Assembly: GCA_964016885.1 (NCBI GenBank)
Contig: OZ024740.1
Coordinates: 20,832,001-20,896,000, forward strand
Length of the DNA: 64,000 nt
Source of the DNA: Eledone cirrhosa
Taxonomy: Eukaryota
Direction: 5' to 3'
The notes under the pieces are model-generated. The model did no database searches, was not told where the DNA came from, and worked only from the letters and a program-made list of their open reading frames with translations. The translations under genes and the position numbers were made by a program. Positions 12,692 through 26,885 of this stretch are shown here, in pieces (positions within the stretch are counted from its first letter, which is position 1; every line of letters starts with the position of its first letter).

Positions 12692-13296
12692 ATGAGTTTT
12701 GTTTATTGAAGAATACAAAAACAAACATACAAATGAATAAATAAGGTTTTATAACCAGGTTGAAATTGAACATTGTTAAGAATGGAAAGGGGCAGTATAA
12801 ATCCTTAAGTTTGGTGGTAGTAGATGAATAAATAGGCCACCAGTGGATAAGGTATCAAATGTCTTTTAAGAAAAGAAATGAGAGCTGTTAGTGTAAATGA
12901 GTTTAGGTATATTGTATATAAAATTATTGATGGTCAAGTATTGATGGTTAAAAGTATTGATGATCAAGTAGAATGGAATAGAATAATCTTTAAAAGTTAG
13001 CTATTTCTTTTTTGTGAGGAATAATTTGTTCTAAAAATATATCGAGCAATATACAACAAAAAATAAGTGCATATAACATCTATAAATGTAAAAAAGCTCC
13101 ATCTATACCACACACAATAGCACCCCGCACACAAGATGATTTGATCAGAGACACACACTGTATTTGAGGTCGAGTGACGAAACTTCGAGTGATTACCGGC
13201 CTTTAGACTCACCTGATCAATGAAACATTTGTTAATACTGTAAATGAAACCCTTTTTGTACAGCCGACCATGTTATTCTTCACTCTCTCTCTTTCT

Positions 13297-13399
<103 letters not shown>

Positions 13400-13564
13400 T
13401 AATAATAACAAATGTGAAGGCTAAAATCAGAAGAGGGCTCGATAAGGATAATATATATATAATATATATAAAACTTTAGGGCAAATATTTATTAACATAC
13501 TCAGTTTCAGGATATCCCGTTAAGGGTGAAAACAGCGATTCTTTGCTTAAACATTAGTCTGTTA

Positions 13565-13607
<43 letters not shown>

Positions 13608-13620
13608 TAAAATAACAGAT

Positions 13621-13660
<40 letters not shown>

Positions 13661-13723
13661 ACAGATTAAATATATATATATATATATATATTTAAAAGAA
13701 TAGAGGTGTAACACACGAGTTGT

Positions 13724-15342
13724 GATATATTGGTAAAAGGAAAAGAAAATGCTGACAAATTGTTCCCAGTGAAAAATAGTTTAATTAGGAATAAGTAAAA
13801 ATTAGTAATAAGTATTGGTTAGTATTCAGTTTTGGTTTTAAGTTTTTACCGGTTGCGCATTTCTAATGCTTTTCAAAAATAATTTTGAGATAGAGCGCCC
13901 GTGATGTTTGCTCTAGTCTGATCAGTTTTGGAAATTCTACCTGTTTTATGTGAAAAACGTGGCTCCAGAGGTATTAAAATAAGTTTCGCGCCAATTCGTG
14001 TTGCAAAAATTCTTGTGGTCAAAACAATTTTGATTGGTCGGTAGAGATCACGTGAATGTTAAAAATTGATTTTGCGCCAAATGTTTCAACCGAAACTAAA
14101 AGCTCTTCAACCGAAACTAAAAGCTCTTCCATACATCTCCACACACAACCCCCTCAACAATGAGGCCTTTGACACCATCCTCCAGAACATCCCTGTGTTA
14201 AAAAAGGACCATAGAATGAACCAAATTCTTCGAACACACGATATCATAAAGAGCAAAAGACAATCTAAGTCAATGAAAAACATCCTAACACATGCCAAAG
14301 TACTGCCAACCACAACAACGAAACCACAGTAAAAAAAATGCGATAGACCCAACTGTGGCATATGCATCAACCTAATAGAGGGTTCGGAATTCTATTTCAA
14401 AGAAGGACAACGTTTTATAGTAAAACATAATTTCACATGCGCATCAGAAAATCTAATATATGTATTAACTTGCTCAGGTTGTCGAGAACAATACATAGGC
14501 CAGACCAAAAACAGCCTCCACCAACGCATGACTGTCCATGGATCCCAAATTAAAATACGGGAATACAGGAAAATGCCACTGAGTGAACACATTGATACCT
14601 GTGGCTCTCAAAATCATCCCAACTTCAGAATCTTTCCCCTCTACAAATTTAAAGATAATGCCACCCACACCCAGCACATCAGCAAGGAATCTCACTTTAT
14701 TAACAAATACGGACCCCGTCTAAACACTTCTCCCTAAGACGAACCCACAACATACACACGTCAACATACATACCTACATCAGCATACATCTCTACCCACA
14801 TATAAACACAATGACATACGTAAAGACACATGTTCTATGGTGCAACACAAATATATACAAATTTGCATATCTTTTGATGTCTATAGATATAAACGTGCCG
14901 ACACACACACATACATATACGCACACATGCATTGCACACTGATGGGCACATACATATTTGTACACAAGTATTCCAATACGGCAGGGCCTAATGGATTCCC
15001 CTTGCAGTACGTACAATCTGGACACTCACACACACCTTGGTATTATGATAATACTATATATAATTTCACACCTTTTATTATTAATGTTTTTGATGTTCCC
15101 TTGAGAGAATCGTTTTTGCTGAAATTATCGAATAATGTACAGCATTTTTACCAGTATCACAAAAATACTGCCCCCCCCCCCACACATAAACACATATACA
15201 CACACACACATATATATATACACACACACATATATACACACACACATACACACGCGTACACTAACACACACTTCTCCGTATAAAGACAAGAGCTGAACAG
15301 ACACATTCCTACTGACCGATCCCTCAACCACGAATTACTCTG

Positions 15343-15388
<46 letters not shown>

Positions 15389-15932
15389 ATTTGTCTTAAT
15401 AGGCACCTGAACTGTTGACCTTTCAACATGACTGCAATTCACACACACATCCCTACTGACCATTATCACAACAAAGAACCTCTTTACTACACACATACAC
15501 ACATATTTGTCTTAAAAGACTTATTTTTCAGTGACTTCTCAATCAGGCGAAAAAAGACACTCTTCGACAAACCTACATTTGGCGCAAAATCAATTTTTAA
15601 CATTCACGTGACCTCTACCGACCAATCAAAATTGTTTTGACCACAAGAATTTTTGCAACACGAATTGGCGCGAAACTTATTTTAATACCTCTGGAGCCAC
15701 TTTTTTCACATAAAACAGGTAGAATTTCCAAAACTAATCAGATTAGAGCAAACATCACGGGCGCTCTATCTCAAAATTATTTTGAAAAGCATTAGAAATG
15801 CGCAACCGGTAAAACTTAAAACCAAAACTGAATACTAACCAATACTTATTACTAATTTTTACTTATTCCTAATTAAACTATTTTTCACTGGGAACAATTT
15901 GTCAGCATTTTCTTTTCCTTTTACCAATATAT
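13724..15932 (+). mobile_element. 5'-truncated Penelope-like element (Neptune/Naiad-type GIY-YIG) with ~360-bp inverted pLTRs
   Basis: 13724-14085 is reverse-complementary to 15575-15932; the internal ORF remnant has CxxxxCxxC followed by LIYVLTCSGCREQYIGQT. Confidence 0.85.
14100..14737 (+). pseudogene. Penelope-like RT thumb/GIY-YIG endonuclease C-terminal remnant
   Basis: LPYISTHNP...KSKRQSKSMKNILTHAK, frameshift in the A-run near 14335, then KCDRPNCGIC...FTCASENLIYVLTCSGCREQYIGQTKNSLHQRMTVH...ESHFINKYGPRLN. Confidence 0.85.
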
Positions 15933-17304
15933 ATATCGGCCAGTTACTGTCTTGACCGATTGTAGTACCACTAGGTGAATCATTTGAGTTTTTTTAGTTG
16001 AAATACATATAGATATGTGTCTGTGTGTGTCGGACACACGTACACACATAAAAAAGCTGTCATGCCTGCCTGAATTTTCGGTCAGTTGCTGACTTGACCG
16101 ATTAACCCCACAATTACTATGTAGCGGTTCTTCCACGTGACTACTGGACCCGGATGAAACGAAGACGAAGAATTTCCTTGCGTACCGTTTTGTACCACAG
16201 ATGCGATCTCACCCTGCTTCGTTAATGTCCTATCGACACCAAAGTTCAACGTTTGGGCGAATAGATTTGAATCCAACCACCAACAACATAGCTGGATGAC
16301 CGATAATCACACCAAACCGGAGTACTGTGATCCTTGTGACTTCCAAATATACAACCACTGACACTGTTACGAAGACCAGAAAACCATACTCCATATATTG
16401 AACCAATTGATTGATTTGTGCGACCAAAATAACACCAAACACATATTAAACTAGGAATATTGGATCCTCAGTCAATGTCCGGGTGAGCAAAAATTGATTT
16501 CTATCTGCATTGGAATTTACAAACTTGTGCATCTGCTGTGGTGTCAAAAACAAACGCACATGACCGCACAGATAAACAATGGACCATGCCACGTGGCTTG
16601 AACCCGTAAGTGAATTGAAGGTTCTGCAACTCTGATACACATATTGTTTATTATTTATTATTAAGATGTATAAACTGGACATAACTATTATCATCTTATA
16701 TTCTCTCAACGAATCACACTTGATCATATTTCTCTATCCTGTTTTCTCCCCCCATAATTATTATATTTTTATTATTGTTTGAAAAAAATCGGTTTTTTTA
16801 CATTGTGTTTTCCCCTCCAAATATTTGCTTATATTTCCTTATATATTCTCTATATATTTTTTATCTTTATTATTATTTCCACTTTTATCCTCCTTTATAT
16901 TTTACCTTATTCTTACCTTTATACCTTATTATAGTGTAATCTTCCCCATGCCTTATTGTACACTATTAATTATAGATTATTATTATTACTCCTTTTCCAT
17001 TTCTGATTACCTCATGTACCTTCTCCTTCGCTATATGTATATATGTATTCTACGCCCTTTGTGTTTGTGTAGCCTCTGCGCACCCTCTGCACCATACTAT
17101 CGACGCCACCCCATCTATGGTTCAGCTAACCACCCGACTCCCGGGAATGAATATGACCGCAGCTAGTAAACAAGGACCAACACCCCACCCTCCCGCACCA
17201 AAATTAGACTTATCGTCCCCTACTTTTGCTCTTTACTCTCTTTACTCTTTGTTCTTGGGTGTTTGGTTGGTAGAGTCCATAACACCAATCAAACCCCTTT
17301 TATA

Positions 17305-17351
17305 GCTCTGATGAATCCTACGGTTACACGTAAGGAAGAAACATTGTTAGC
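17305..17351 (+). ncRNA. Type I hammerhead ribozyme motif
   Basis: gct-CTGATGA-a-tcctacg(gttaca)cgtaagga-a-GAAA-cattg-TT/agc followed by AATAAA; about 250 nt upstream of exon 2 on the sense strand. Confidence 0.6.
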
Positions 17352-17421
17352 CAATAAAAATCTTTTGATGTTGTAGACGCTCTTGTGTTCTTTTTCATAT
17401 ATATATATATATATGTATATA

Positions 17422-17568
<147 letters not shown>

Positions 17569-17600
17569 CTCTCTCCCACTCGCCTTCTATGTCATTCCAG

Positions 17601-17790
17601 GAAACCTCAGTCCCTACCTCACTTCCTATCTAAAATATCGAACACAAGACAAGAGTATACGGAACGTGGACAGTATATGGATCTATGCGCTGACTGTGGT
17701 GGGCCAAGGGTGTGGGATGTTAAATGGAGGCTTCCTGGAAAGGAAGCTAGGGCCCAGGGTAGCCACTTTGATTGGTGGCTGGATAATGAG
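17601..17790 (+). CDS. MFS transporter coding exon 2
   Basis: Acceptor cattccag|, donor AG|gtgagt at 17791; reads (G)[62 protein letters not shown](S), containing the MFS motif-A-like GxLxxKLGPR; phases 1 and 2 match the neighbouring exons. Confidence 0.9.
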
Positions 17791-17921
17791 GTGAGTCACA
17801 TTTTATTACACATTCTCACATTCTCCCCATATCTGTCTTCATCTCTCGTCATATTTTCATGCATGTCTGGTTTCTAATCTATCTATCTATATATCTATCC
17901 ATCTATCTATGTATCTAGCTA

Positions 17922-18010
<89 letters not shown>

Positions 18011-19058
18011 TTATCTATGTATCTATCTATCTACCTATTTGCCGGTCGGTCTCTCCTCTCTCTCTATATACATGATGGCTGCCCCCTCGTTATCGAGTAT
18101 GGCCATTGCACGATATACCATTATTAGTAATTATTAATTAATTCCATCGTACAATGCCTGTACGGGAAGATATTTTTTAAGTGAGAAAAACTGTGCACTG
18201 TGCCAATCCCACCCTCTGAGCGACAGTAGCTATAACCTGAAAAGAAGAAAAGATCAACATCATCGGTAACTACTGAGCCGCAGGTTTTATATCGGAGTTA
18301 TCCCAGTTTCCTGAGTTGCCTTCTCCTAGAAGAATGCCCTGACAAAGACTAGGGGTCCTTCATTCCCAGTGGTTTAATCGCGCAATCGGGTATCCAGCCC
18401 GATTATTTCTGTCCCCGCACATATATACACATATGTATACAAGTATATATATATATACATATACACATATGTATATATATATTTACACCTTTTGTGGATG
18501 GCTGTTGACTCATGAGTTCTTTGTCAGGTTTTGTTTTTTGTCCTGCAGGGTGTCCAAAATCGGCCTCTTCACCAAGTAAACTTGGTGGGGTTGCCGGTTT
18601 AGTCACCGACGACCAGACCATATATATATTATTGTTTTCGGTACGCCCGGCCGACTAACCCATTCGATATGCAAATTAGGCTGCTCAGCCGTTAATATGC
18701 ATAAGGAAAGTATATACTTTCAAACGTTCAATCAACTGACAGGAAGGTATACGGTGCTGATGACAGCTAATGAGCTAGAAACTAGTTCATCGTTCCTTTG
18801 TCAGTGTTGAACGAAATGGCAACGATGGTTGCCGAACACTGTACGGCTAATAATTCGGGCTGTTTGTTTACAAACAAACCGAGCGTTATAATAAATGTTC
18901 GGTAAACCCATAAGTACATATATATATATACGTGTGCATCTATGTATGTATATACATACTACTGTACGTCTGTATACATATATGTATGTATGTATACATA
19001 CTTATATTTAAGTATCAGCCGTACTAAGAGTGAGAAATGAAATTTCATTCTTTCCATT

Positions 19059-19132
<74 letters not shown>

Positions 19133-19162
19133 ATACATATATATATATATATATACATAAAT

Positions 19163-20350
19163 ATATATTGTTATACTTGGGGAGGGTCATATTGTTGTAA
19201 TAATATTGCCAGAATTAATAACAGACCACACTCACTGCTTGGTTGGTTTTCGCTTTTGTATCTTTTATATCAGTCAATTTATTCGGTCCTCAATGGTTAC
19301 CATTGATTGACCAACGGTCAAAAACTACTTAAAGAATAAGGTGGTAGAAAAGCCAGGAACTACCCTAAAATCCCTGATCAGCAAAACATACCCTTTTAAG
19401 AAAACCCACTGTACTAATAGGAAATGTATTATATGTAAAATAAACCCCCGGAAAAAACTGTCAAACTAGAAACGTAGTCTATAGCATAAGATGTACACAG
19501 GGTACTTGCAGAAACATGACAACGACATACATAGGTGAGACAGCTCGAAGTATAGGAGAAAGGATAGACCAACACTGGGGGGAACCAAAAGAACGAAAAA
19601 ACGGTTCAGTAGTATACAAACACGCCAGATAACATGACGGTAACATAGACAACATAGAAATTAAAATAATATCTAAACATAGAAATGATCCAACAGATAG
19701 GCAAATCAGAGAAGCAAGCGAAATAGAACTTAGAAGGCTAAAGCTAAACAGAAAAAAATGAATGGAATAACAACAACACCCAAACAAACAATACTGACCT
19801 AAGAGAAGTATAAATAAATAAATAAATAAATATATACACAAGCACAATAACAACAAACACATATAAACACACACTAGTAAACTAAGAAAGAATACAATAA
19901 CCAAAGCACAGTCACCCAAACGCGAACACACACACCTAACACTATACACACACGCAAACGCATGCGCAGAGAAGACAAAAATAAATAAATAAATAAATAA
20001 ATAAACAGATTAAATAAAGATGGCGTAGCTATACAACAGGAGGAACATAATAGCACCATTGACGATGTTGCAGATGTGCAACGAAAGAACTCTGTTAGAC
20101 TATATATATGTGTTTGTGTCTATATTATATCTGTATTTTTTGACCGTTGGTCAGTCAATGGTAAACATTGAGAATCGAATAAATTAACTGTGGAGATATA
20201 AAAGATACAGAAGCGAAAACCAACCAAACAGTGAGTGTGTTCTGTTATTATTTCTGGCAATATTATTATAACTATATGACCCTCCCCAAGTATAACAATA
20301 TTTGTTTCGACACACGATTTCATATCAAAAAGCTCGCAAAAGAAATTCAT
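19163..20350 (+). mobile_element. 5'-truncated Penelope-like element with GIY-YIG remnant, inverted pLTRs, hammerhead and tail
   Basis: About 19474-19760 reads VVYSIRCTQGTCRNMTTTYIGETARSIGERIDQH...RQIREASEI; 19163-19324 is reverse-complementary to 20138-20301; hammerhead-like TTGACGA-t-gttgca(gatg)tgcaac-GAAA-gaac-TC at 20055-20096. Confidence 0.85.
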
Positions 20351-20456
20351 ATATATATATAAAGTAATAGTAATAAGGGTGAAAGCGGCGATTCTTTGCT
20401 TAAACTTTAATCTGTTATTTTAATATATATATATAACTAAATAAATATATAACTAA

Positions 20457-20506
<50 letters not shown>

Positions 20507-20528
20507 TGTCTGTCTCCCATTTTTGCAG

Positions 20529-20655
20529 TGCAGGTGTATGTGTTACTTCCGTTACAATAAAGCAGTCCTTCCTTGCTGTTCTGGCCACCTATGGTTTTGT
20601 CAATGGATTAGGTATAGGTATTGCATATGGTATACCAATTGCGACAGCCATGAAG
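20529..20655 (+). CDS. MFS transporter coding exon 3
   Basis: Acceptor ttttgcag|, donor AAG|gtaagt at 20656; reads (S)AGVCVTSVTIKQSFLAVLATYGFVNGLGIGIAYGIPIATAMK, a TM4-like YGxxxGxGxGxAY motif; ends in phase 0. Confidence 0.9.
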
Positions 20656-20805
20656 GTAAGTTCAAATCCTGTCACAGACCTACTCTCTCCTATTTTTCCA
20701 ATTCTTCTACGTGTCACTTTATTCCCTTTGCTCTCTCTTTCCTACTGCATTCAAATTACGTTTGTTCTTTGTTTTTCTTGTTCGCAATATAATAATAATA
20801 ATAAT

Positions 20806-23800
20806 GATTTCATTTATTGGCCACAAGGGCCGACATATAGGGGACAATACAAAAGATGGGACAGTGGGGTTTTACAGAAAAATCGAGTAAACAATATGAA
20901 TAACAATAACAAAGTAACAATAAAGTAACAATAAAATTACAAGAAAAAAATTCCCCAATAGGGGGAATGACCACCCAGGGTTCGCTCAGGTACCCCACCA
21001 ATCCTGAACGACCCAACGATTCGAGAGCACCCTGGAAGGGCACGCCCTCTCTTCCTCAGATTTACCTACCTACAACCGCATGACCAGAGTAGGCCCACTC
21101 ACTCGGGTCATTCTCGCCACATTCACCCACCTTTCAGCAAATGTACTGGGGGGCAACACTTCTCTCTCCACCCTCACCTTCCTTTCCAAGTGAAACTTGA
21201 AAAAGTTGATGAGGGATTGGCCGAAGAGAAAAGTGTCTGTCTTCAGTCCTTTCAACCTCGTCCACCATACAACCTCTTTCGCTACTGCCACCAGACAGAG
21301 GAAAATTGCCTGCCTTTCCTGGCCAAAAGAAGGCGGCGGGTCTATCTTCACTATGGACTCGGTCGATAGCCGGATCCGTTCTACACGCAACAACAGCTGT
21401 TCAACATAACTCCAGAAGTCAGTAATGCACGTACACTGGACGAGTGCGTGCAGAACGGTTTCGTCGCTCTGCGCGCATCTCGGGCAGGTCCGTCTGACAG
21501 CACTTCCGTGCCTGTAGAGTTTATCTCGAACCGGCAGTGCCCCCGGTAGCACTGCCAAGCGAGGGATTTTTAGAAATTATCCATCGTCCCCGGCTCGAAA
21601 GTCCTCCGGTACAGACTGGTTAGTTCGACTTCGTTGACTCCCAGAGCCTCTCCGAGTGCGTCGTCGCACTTCCCCACCACTAATCCTCTATAGAACTCGA
21701 GAGTGGAAGTTCCACTGGCCGCATTGCTCGCCTGGTAGAGGGCAGTGAGTGCCTGGCAACATTCCAGATGCCAGTCACCCAGTCTCGGTCTCTTCTTGAC
21801 CCAGGACTGCAGCTCAGTCAAAGAAACGAGCTGCGGAAAGGCCCGTCTGACAAACGGCGACCACACCTGTTCACCGTTTAGGCAGAATATCTGGAGATGC
21901 CGCAGCCTCAGCGCGTCCCTGCGCATCATTAGCCACGGCATGCCCAGCCCTCCACGTAGAGGGTGCTGGCAGCAGATGGACCGCCTCACCAGCGGAACCT
22001 AACCCCTCCACAAGAATTTGAAGAGGAGCCGCTCCAAGATGGCGAGGCGCGAACGGGGGCAAGGGACGACGGTCAGACGGTAGTAGATGACGGACGCGAT
22101 GTACGCGTTCGCCACCTCCGCCCGACCTTTCAGTGATAGCTTCATCCCAGCCCATTTCTGGGTGAGACTGGCTACCCTGCCCGTCACCTCGTCCCAATTC
22201 TTATCCACCTGGAGGTCTGGCCCGAACCAAACCCCTAGCAACTTTACCGGTCCGTCCGTCCAGCGCCTAACGACGCTGTTGGACGGCATGGACTTGCCTC
22301 TCCAGGTGCCGAGTTGCAAGCCCACCGACTTTTCCGGGTTAAATTTTGCTCCCGTCAACCTTTCATATTCCTCCAATAAGCCAGGTTTACACCCTACCCT
22401 CTCTATGATGTATCGCATTAGGTGGAGATTGTCGTGTATGGACCTGGTTGGGATTGCGCAAGTTTGCGCCTCCCCAACCAAATCCCCGACGACAAGCGCC
22501 AACCTCTTCGCTAACACCATGGCCAAAATTTTAAACTCTATGTTGAGCAGAGTTATGGGCCTGAAATTGTCTAATGTGTTCCTCTTGTTCTCGTCTTTCC
22601 TTATCAGCGTCACTACGCCTCGGCTCACAGAACTGGGAATACTCCTGTTTTGCTGCCAGTTGCAGTAGAGGGCTTCGAGGAGATTGGAGAACAAGTCTGG
22701 CATATTTACGTAAAGCTCGTAGGGCAGACCATCCAAACCGGGTGACTTGCGACTCATGCAGCCGACAAGGGCATCCTGAATCTCGGCTGAAGTGATTGGC
22801 CTTTCGCAGCGCCCAGCGTCAGCCGTCGAGAGTTGCGGCAAGCCATCGAGGTAGGGACTGAAGTCCGCCACCATCTCTGACCCGCCACTTCCCCCGAACA
22901 ACCGAGCAAAATGTTGGCGAAAGGCCTCACACATCCGCTTGGAATCGCTCAGCTCGTGTCCGTCTCGGTCCGTCAAAGACCGAATCGTGGTTTTATTACC
23001 ACGCTGCGCCTCTGCCACGTGGGCCCATCGAACAGCTTTGGTTCCCTCGTTTCTCAGAGCACGCGCCTTAGCTCTGACAATGCAACCTTCGTGTTTCGCA
23101 TTGAAGAAATGGTCTAATGCCATTCTCGCCGCTAGCACGTCAGTTGCAATGCCACTACCAATAGCCTGATCTAACTTATCTACCAACTCCCCCTCCTTTC
23201 TATTTTTCTCTAACGCTACTTCTTTGCTAAACTCTATCGACATTACTCTAATCTCTCTTTTGAGAGCCTCCCCCCCACCATCTATTGTTGACGACTCCCC
23301 CTGTCAACTTTTTCTTAACTAAATTGTTGACCTGGTCACTGTAAGCCTTACGTGCCGGAAATGACATGTTTAGCTTCCAGTAATCAGGTCCTAACCTACG
23401 CGTCTTATCTAGGTCGACCATACAGATCACAAACTTGTGATCTGAATAGGCGACCGTTTCAAAACGTGGACAGCTTACACTATTTCTGTCTATTTTCCTA
23501 ATGAATATCCTGTCTATATACGATCTAGATGACCCTATGCGGTTAGCCCAGGTCCACACTGGCGCATTAGGGAAATCTAGTCGGTACCTGTCAGACAGTT
23601 GGAACTGGCTGATCAGATTCTTGAGGCTTTTGCACCCCCCGCTCCTATCGGATACTCCCACACAGTCCCAGCATGCGTCTAAGATACCGTTCCAGTCCCC
23701 CGCTAACAGTAAAGGGCGAGACGTGCCCAGAAAGGTTTCCAGGCGTCTAAAGAAGTCCGGCCGTCCTGACCCAGTAGGAGCATAGACGGCCACCAGTCTA

Positions 23801-26284
23801 AAGGCACCACCTTCGTTATTGTTCACGTCCAGGACCACCAACTTCCCGTCCGGGTCCCGGAAGATCGACCTTACCTTGAGATCCAGGCCTTTCCTAAACA
23901 GCACTGCAACCCCGCCTCCCATTCCCGGCCGGCTAACAGATGCAAAGATCTGATAGTCGTCGAAAATGGGGGCTAGTGCGCGCGTGTCGGAAATCCTGGT
24001 CTCGCTGACGGCAATTACATCCATTTCTAGAGACCTGAGGTCATTGAGCAGGTGACCCTGCTTCCAGGACGATCCCAGACCTCGAATATTTAAACATCCT
24101 ACTCTTAATACGGCCGTGTTGGCAGGTTAAAAAGAGAGAGAGGGTAGGTTTACTTACCTTCCGGCTTCTTGTGAAGGTCGGCTTGTTCGACCTCCATAGT
24201 TGGTGGAGGTTCTTTTGGGAACCCCTTTAAAAGTCTTGAAGTGGGTTTTACGTTCGGGGTTCCCACGTCCCGAGGAAAGCTGTCTCGTATTTCTTTGTAT
24301 AATTCGATCGACATTCGCACGAGAACCAAATCTTCCGGCACGCGAAATGTGCTCGATTTAAAAATTTCCTCCTCTTTTTGTATATATACGAACACGAAGT
24401 TTTGTATGTTTTGTTGGTGTGATTTTATTTGTTTGCGTGGCTGTGGTGGTGATGGTTTTGGTGGTGTTGTTTCGGTTGTGTCTGTGTTGGTTGTGAGTGC
24501 GGTGTCTGTGGTTTCAGATGTTTGTGTGTATATTTGTTCTTGCGTCTGTTTAGGTTGTTTGCGTTTGGGGGATTCTGGTGATGGTGATGGTGGTGTTGAT
24601 GTTGGTGTTATTGAAGAGATGTTTACGTGGGTGGTGTCTGTGTTTTTTTATTGTAGGTGATTTTGTGCTTTGTTGATTTTTTTTTCTTTTTGTGTTTCCT
24701 TTTTTGTATTTTGGGGGATTTTGGTTTTCCCCCATCTTCACTACTGGTAGATGAGGGGTCTGTGTCTGTGAATGTGTCTGTGAATGTGTATGTTTATGGT
24801 TTTATTGGTGTGTGTATTTTTTTTGGGGGGGGGGAGGAATTTGACAGCTTTCCTCGTCTCCCCCCTGGGTGGTCAATGTTGGTGGTGGTCTTGCTATTGG
24901 TGTTGTTGTTGGTGGTTTTGCCGGTGCTGGTGTTGGTTGTGGTCCTCGCCCCGGCGTCGGCAGCAGTGGAGCCTTTCGACCCCTTGCCTCTTTCAGCAGT
25001 TGAGGGCAGAAGGCTCGCAAATGGGTTTTTCCCCCAAAACAAAACACTGCGGCCTTTTGCCTTCGGTCATAATGTGAATGACCGTCCCATTCTGAAGGCG
25101 GATGTGGTCCGGGATTGTCTTCACATTCTCGGGCCTGATCTGGAGAAGGATCTCCAGGTCAACCCCGGACCAGTCCTCTCTGGCCGTTCTGGTCACTTCT
25201 ATCGGGACGGTATCCATCCCCTCCACAATCACACATCCCAGAAGCCACCACATGTCAAGTCCTGGTGGGATTCTGGGAATGCGGAGACGGGCCGTTCTTT
25301 TTCCCATGTGTGAGGGGTACATTATGACCTTGCTGGTTTTGCAAGGAGTCATAGCGTGTTTCATAGCGAGGGCTTCTGACTTGAACAACACCGAAATGGT
25401 GCCGTACTGTCTGCCCCTCTCTATGTATTCGGTGTCTTCTCTGATGCACCTCAGCGCGACTTCGACATCTGCTTGTGGGATTAAAGCTGCCCTTTTGGTT
25501 TGTGCTGAGATGCATCTATAATGCACCGTTCTGCGCTCCACTGCCTCAATAGCTTCTACCGGGACAATTAAGTTGGCCCAGGTTTGCTCTTGCTTGATGA
25601 GCTTCCATGCCTGGGCCAACTTTTCATCTTTGTTTGAGAGGTCCATGTTGAAGCATAGCCTCTTTTTTGCTGCTGCCGCAGCGAAAGTGTTCTTCTTGTT
25701 GTCGTTGTCGTTGTTCTTGTTGGTGTTGTTGTTATGACTGTCGCTGTTATCATTGTTGTCTTTGTTGCCACCGTTGTTCTCGGTGCAGTTGGTATTGTTG
25801 CTGTTGGTGTTGTCTCTATTTGTTTTCATGTTAGTGGTGTTGATATTGTTGTTGCATTTGTTATTTTGTTTTTGTTATCTGTATTTTCGTTGTCGCTGTT
25901 ACTGTCATTTTTTTCAAAATTGGCGTTCTTATTGGTATCATTGGTGTCTTTGTTTACATTGTTTGTGGTGGTGTTTGTGTTATCAATTTCTGTTAATTTC
26001 GCTGTAGCTCTCCTCTCAACTTCTACGTCGTTGTCGCACGACAGCAGACATATCGCTGGGGGCCGTGGCTCAGCCATGTTTTTTTTTCTCCGTAAATTTT
26101 TTAACATGTAAAAAAAGTTCAAATATTTGGGCCAAAAGGCCCAAATATTATACTTTCCCCTTCACAGGGCAAAGTCTAAGGGCTTATATCCCTTACACAA
26201 CAAGAAATATTTAACAACAAATAATTTTAACAGGCAAATAAAGCGACTTACTGGGAACGAGCCAAAAAGACGTCCGAACAGACC
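20806..26284 (-). mobile_element. Tx1/L1-clade LINE, full-span but defective (family A)
   Basis: ORF1 pieces (24150-26100), APE endonuclease (23248-24115), RT with internal deletion near 22380, C-terminal CPRC-H-C zinc finger; (AAT)n on both flanks. Confidence 0.9.
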
Positions 26285-26317
<33 letters not shown>

Positions 26318-26318
<1 letters not shown>

Positions 26319-26885
26319 CTTTTTTTATTAACCACAAGGGTTTACATAAAGTAGACATTAAGGACAGTACAGGACAATACAGGACGGTACAAAAGGGCAT
26401 TTCTGCGTGTAAAAAAAAACAAAAAAAAAGAGGATGTAATAAAAGAACAATGAAAAATTCCCCAATAGGGGGGAGACTTCCGAGGGCCATCTCGGAGAAA
26501 GCCCATTAAAAAAAAGCGACGGTGACCCTGACCACCAGGGCAAGTGTCCTCTCCCAGTTTTCCACCTTCAATTTACAGGCATATACTCAGAGTAGGTCCA
26601 TTCACTCGGGCCATTCTTGCCTCTTCAACAAAAAGCTGGGAAGAGAGCACTTCCCTCTCTACCCTGATTTTCCTTTTCAAATGAAATTTGAAAAGATTAA
26701 TCAGGGCATCACCGAAAAGGTAAGTGCTCGTCTTCAGCCCTTTCAGACGCGTCCTCCATACTATCTCTTTCGCCATGGCCACCAGACAGATAAAAACTGC
26801 CTGCCCTTCCCGGCTAAAGGAAGAGGGCGGGGCAATCCTCACGATGGACTCAGCTGATAGTCGGATCCGTTCTACACGCGGCAGC
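26318..26885 (-). mobile_element. 5'-truncated Tx1-clade LINE (family B)
   Basis: ORF2 C-terminus RIRLSAESIVRIAPP... plus a 3' UTR matching 51430-51991; AAT repeats at both junctions. Confidence 0.9.

Noticed and set aside
14330-14737. Possible selenocysteine-encoding Naiad-type Penelope
   Set aside because: The visible cysteine positions use TGC/TGT, not TGA, and I saw no convincing SECIS.
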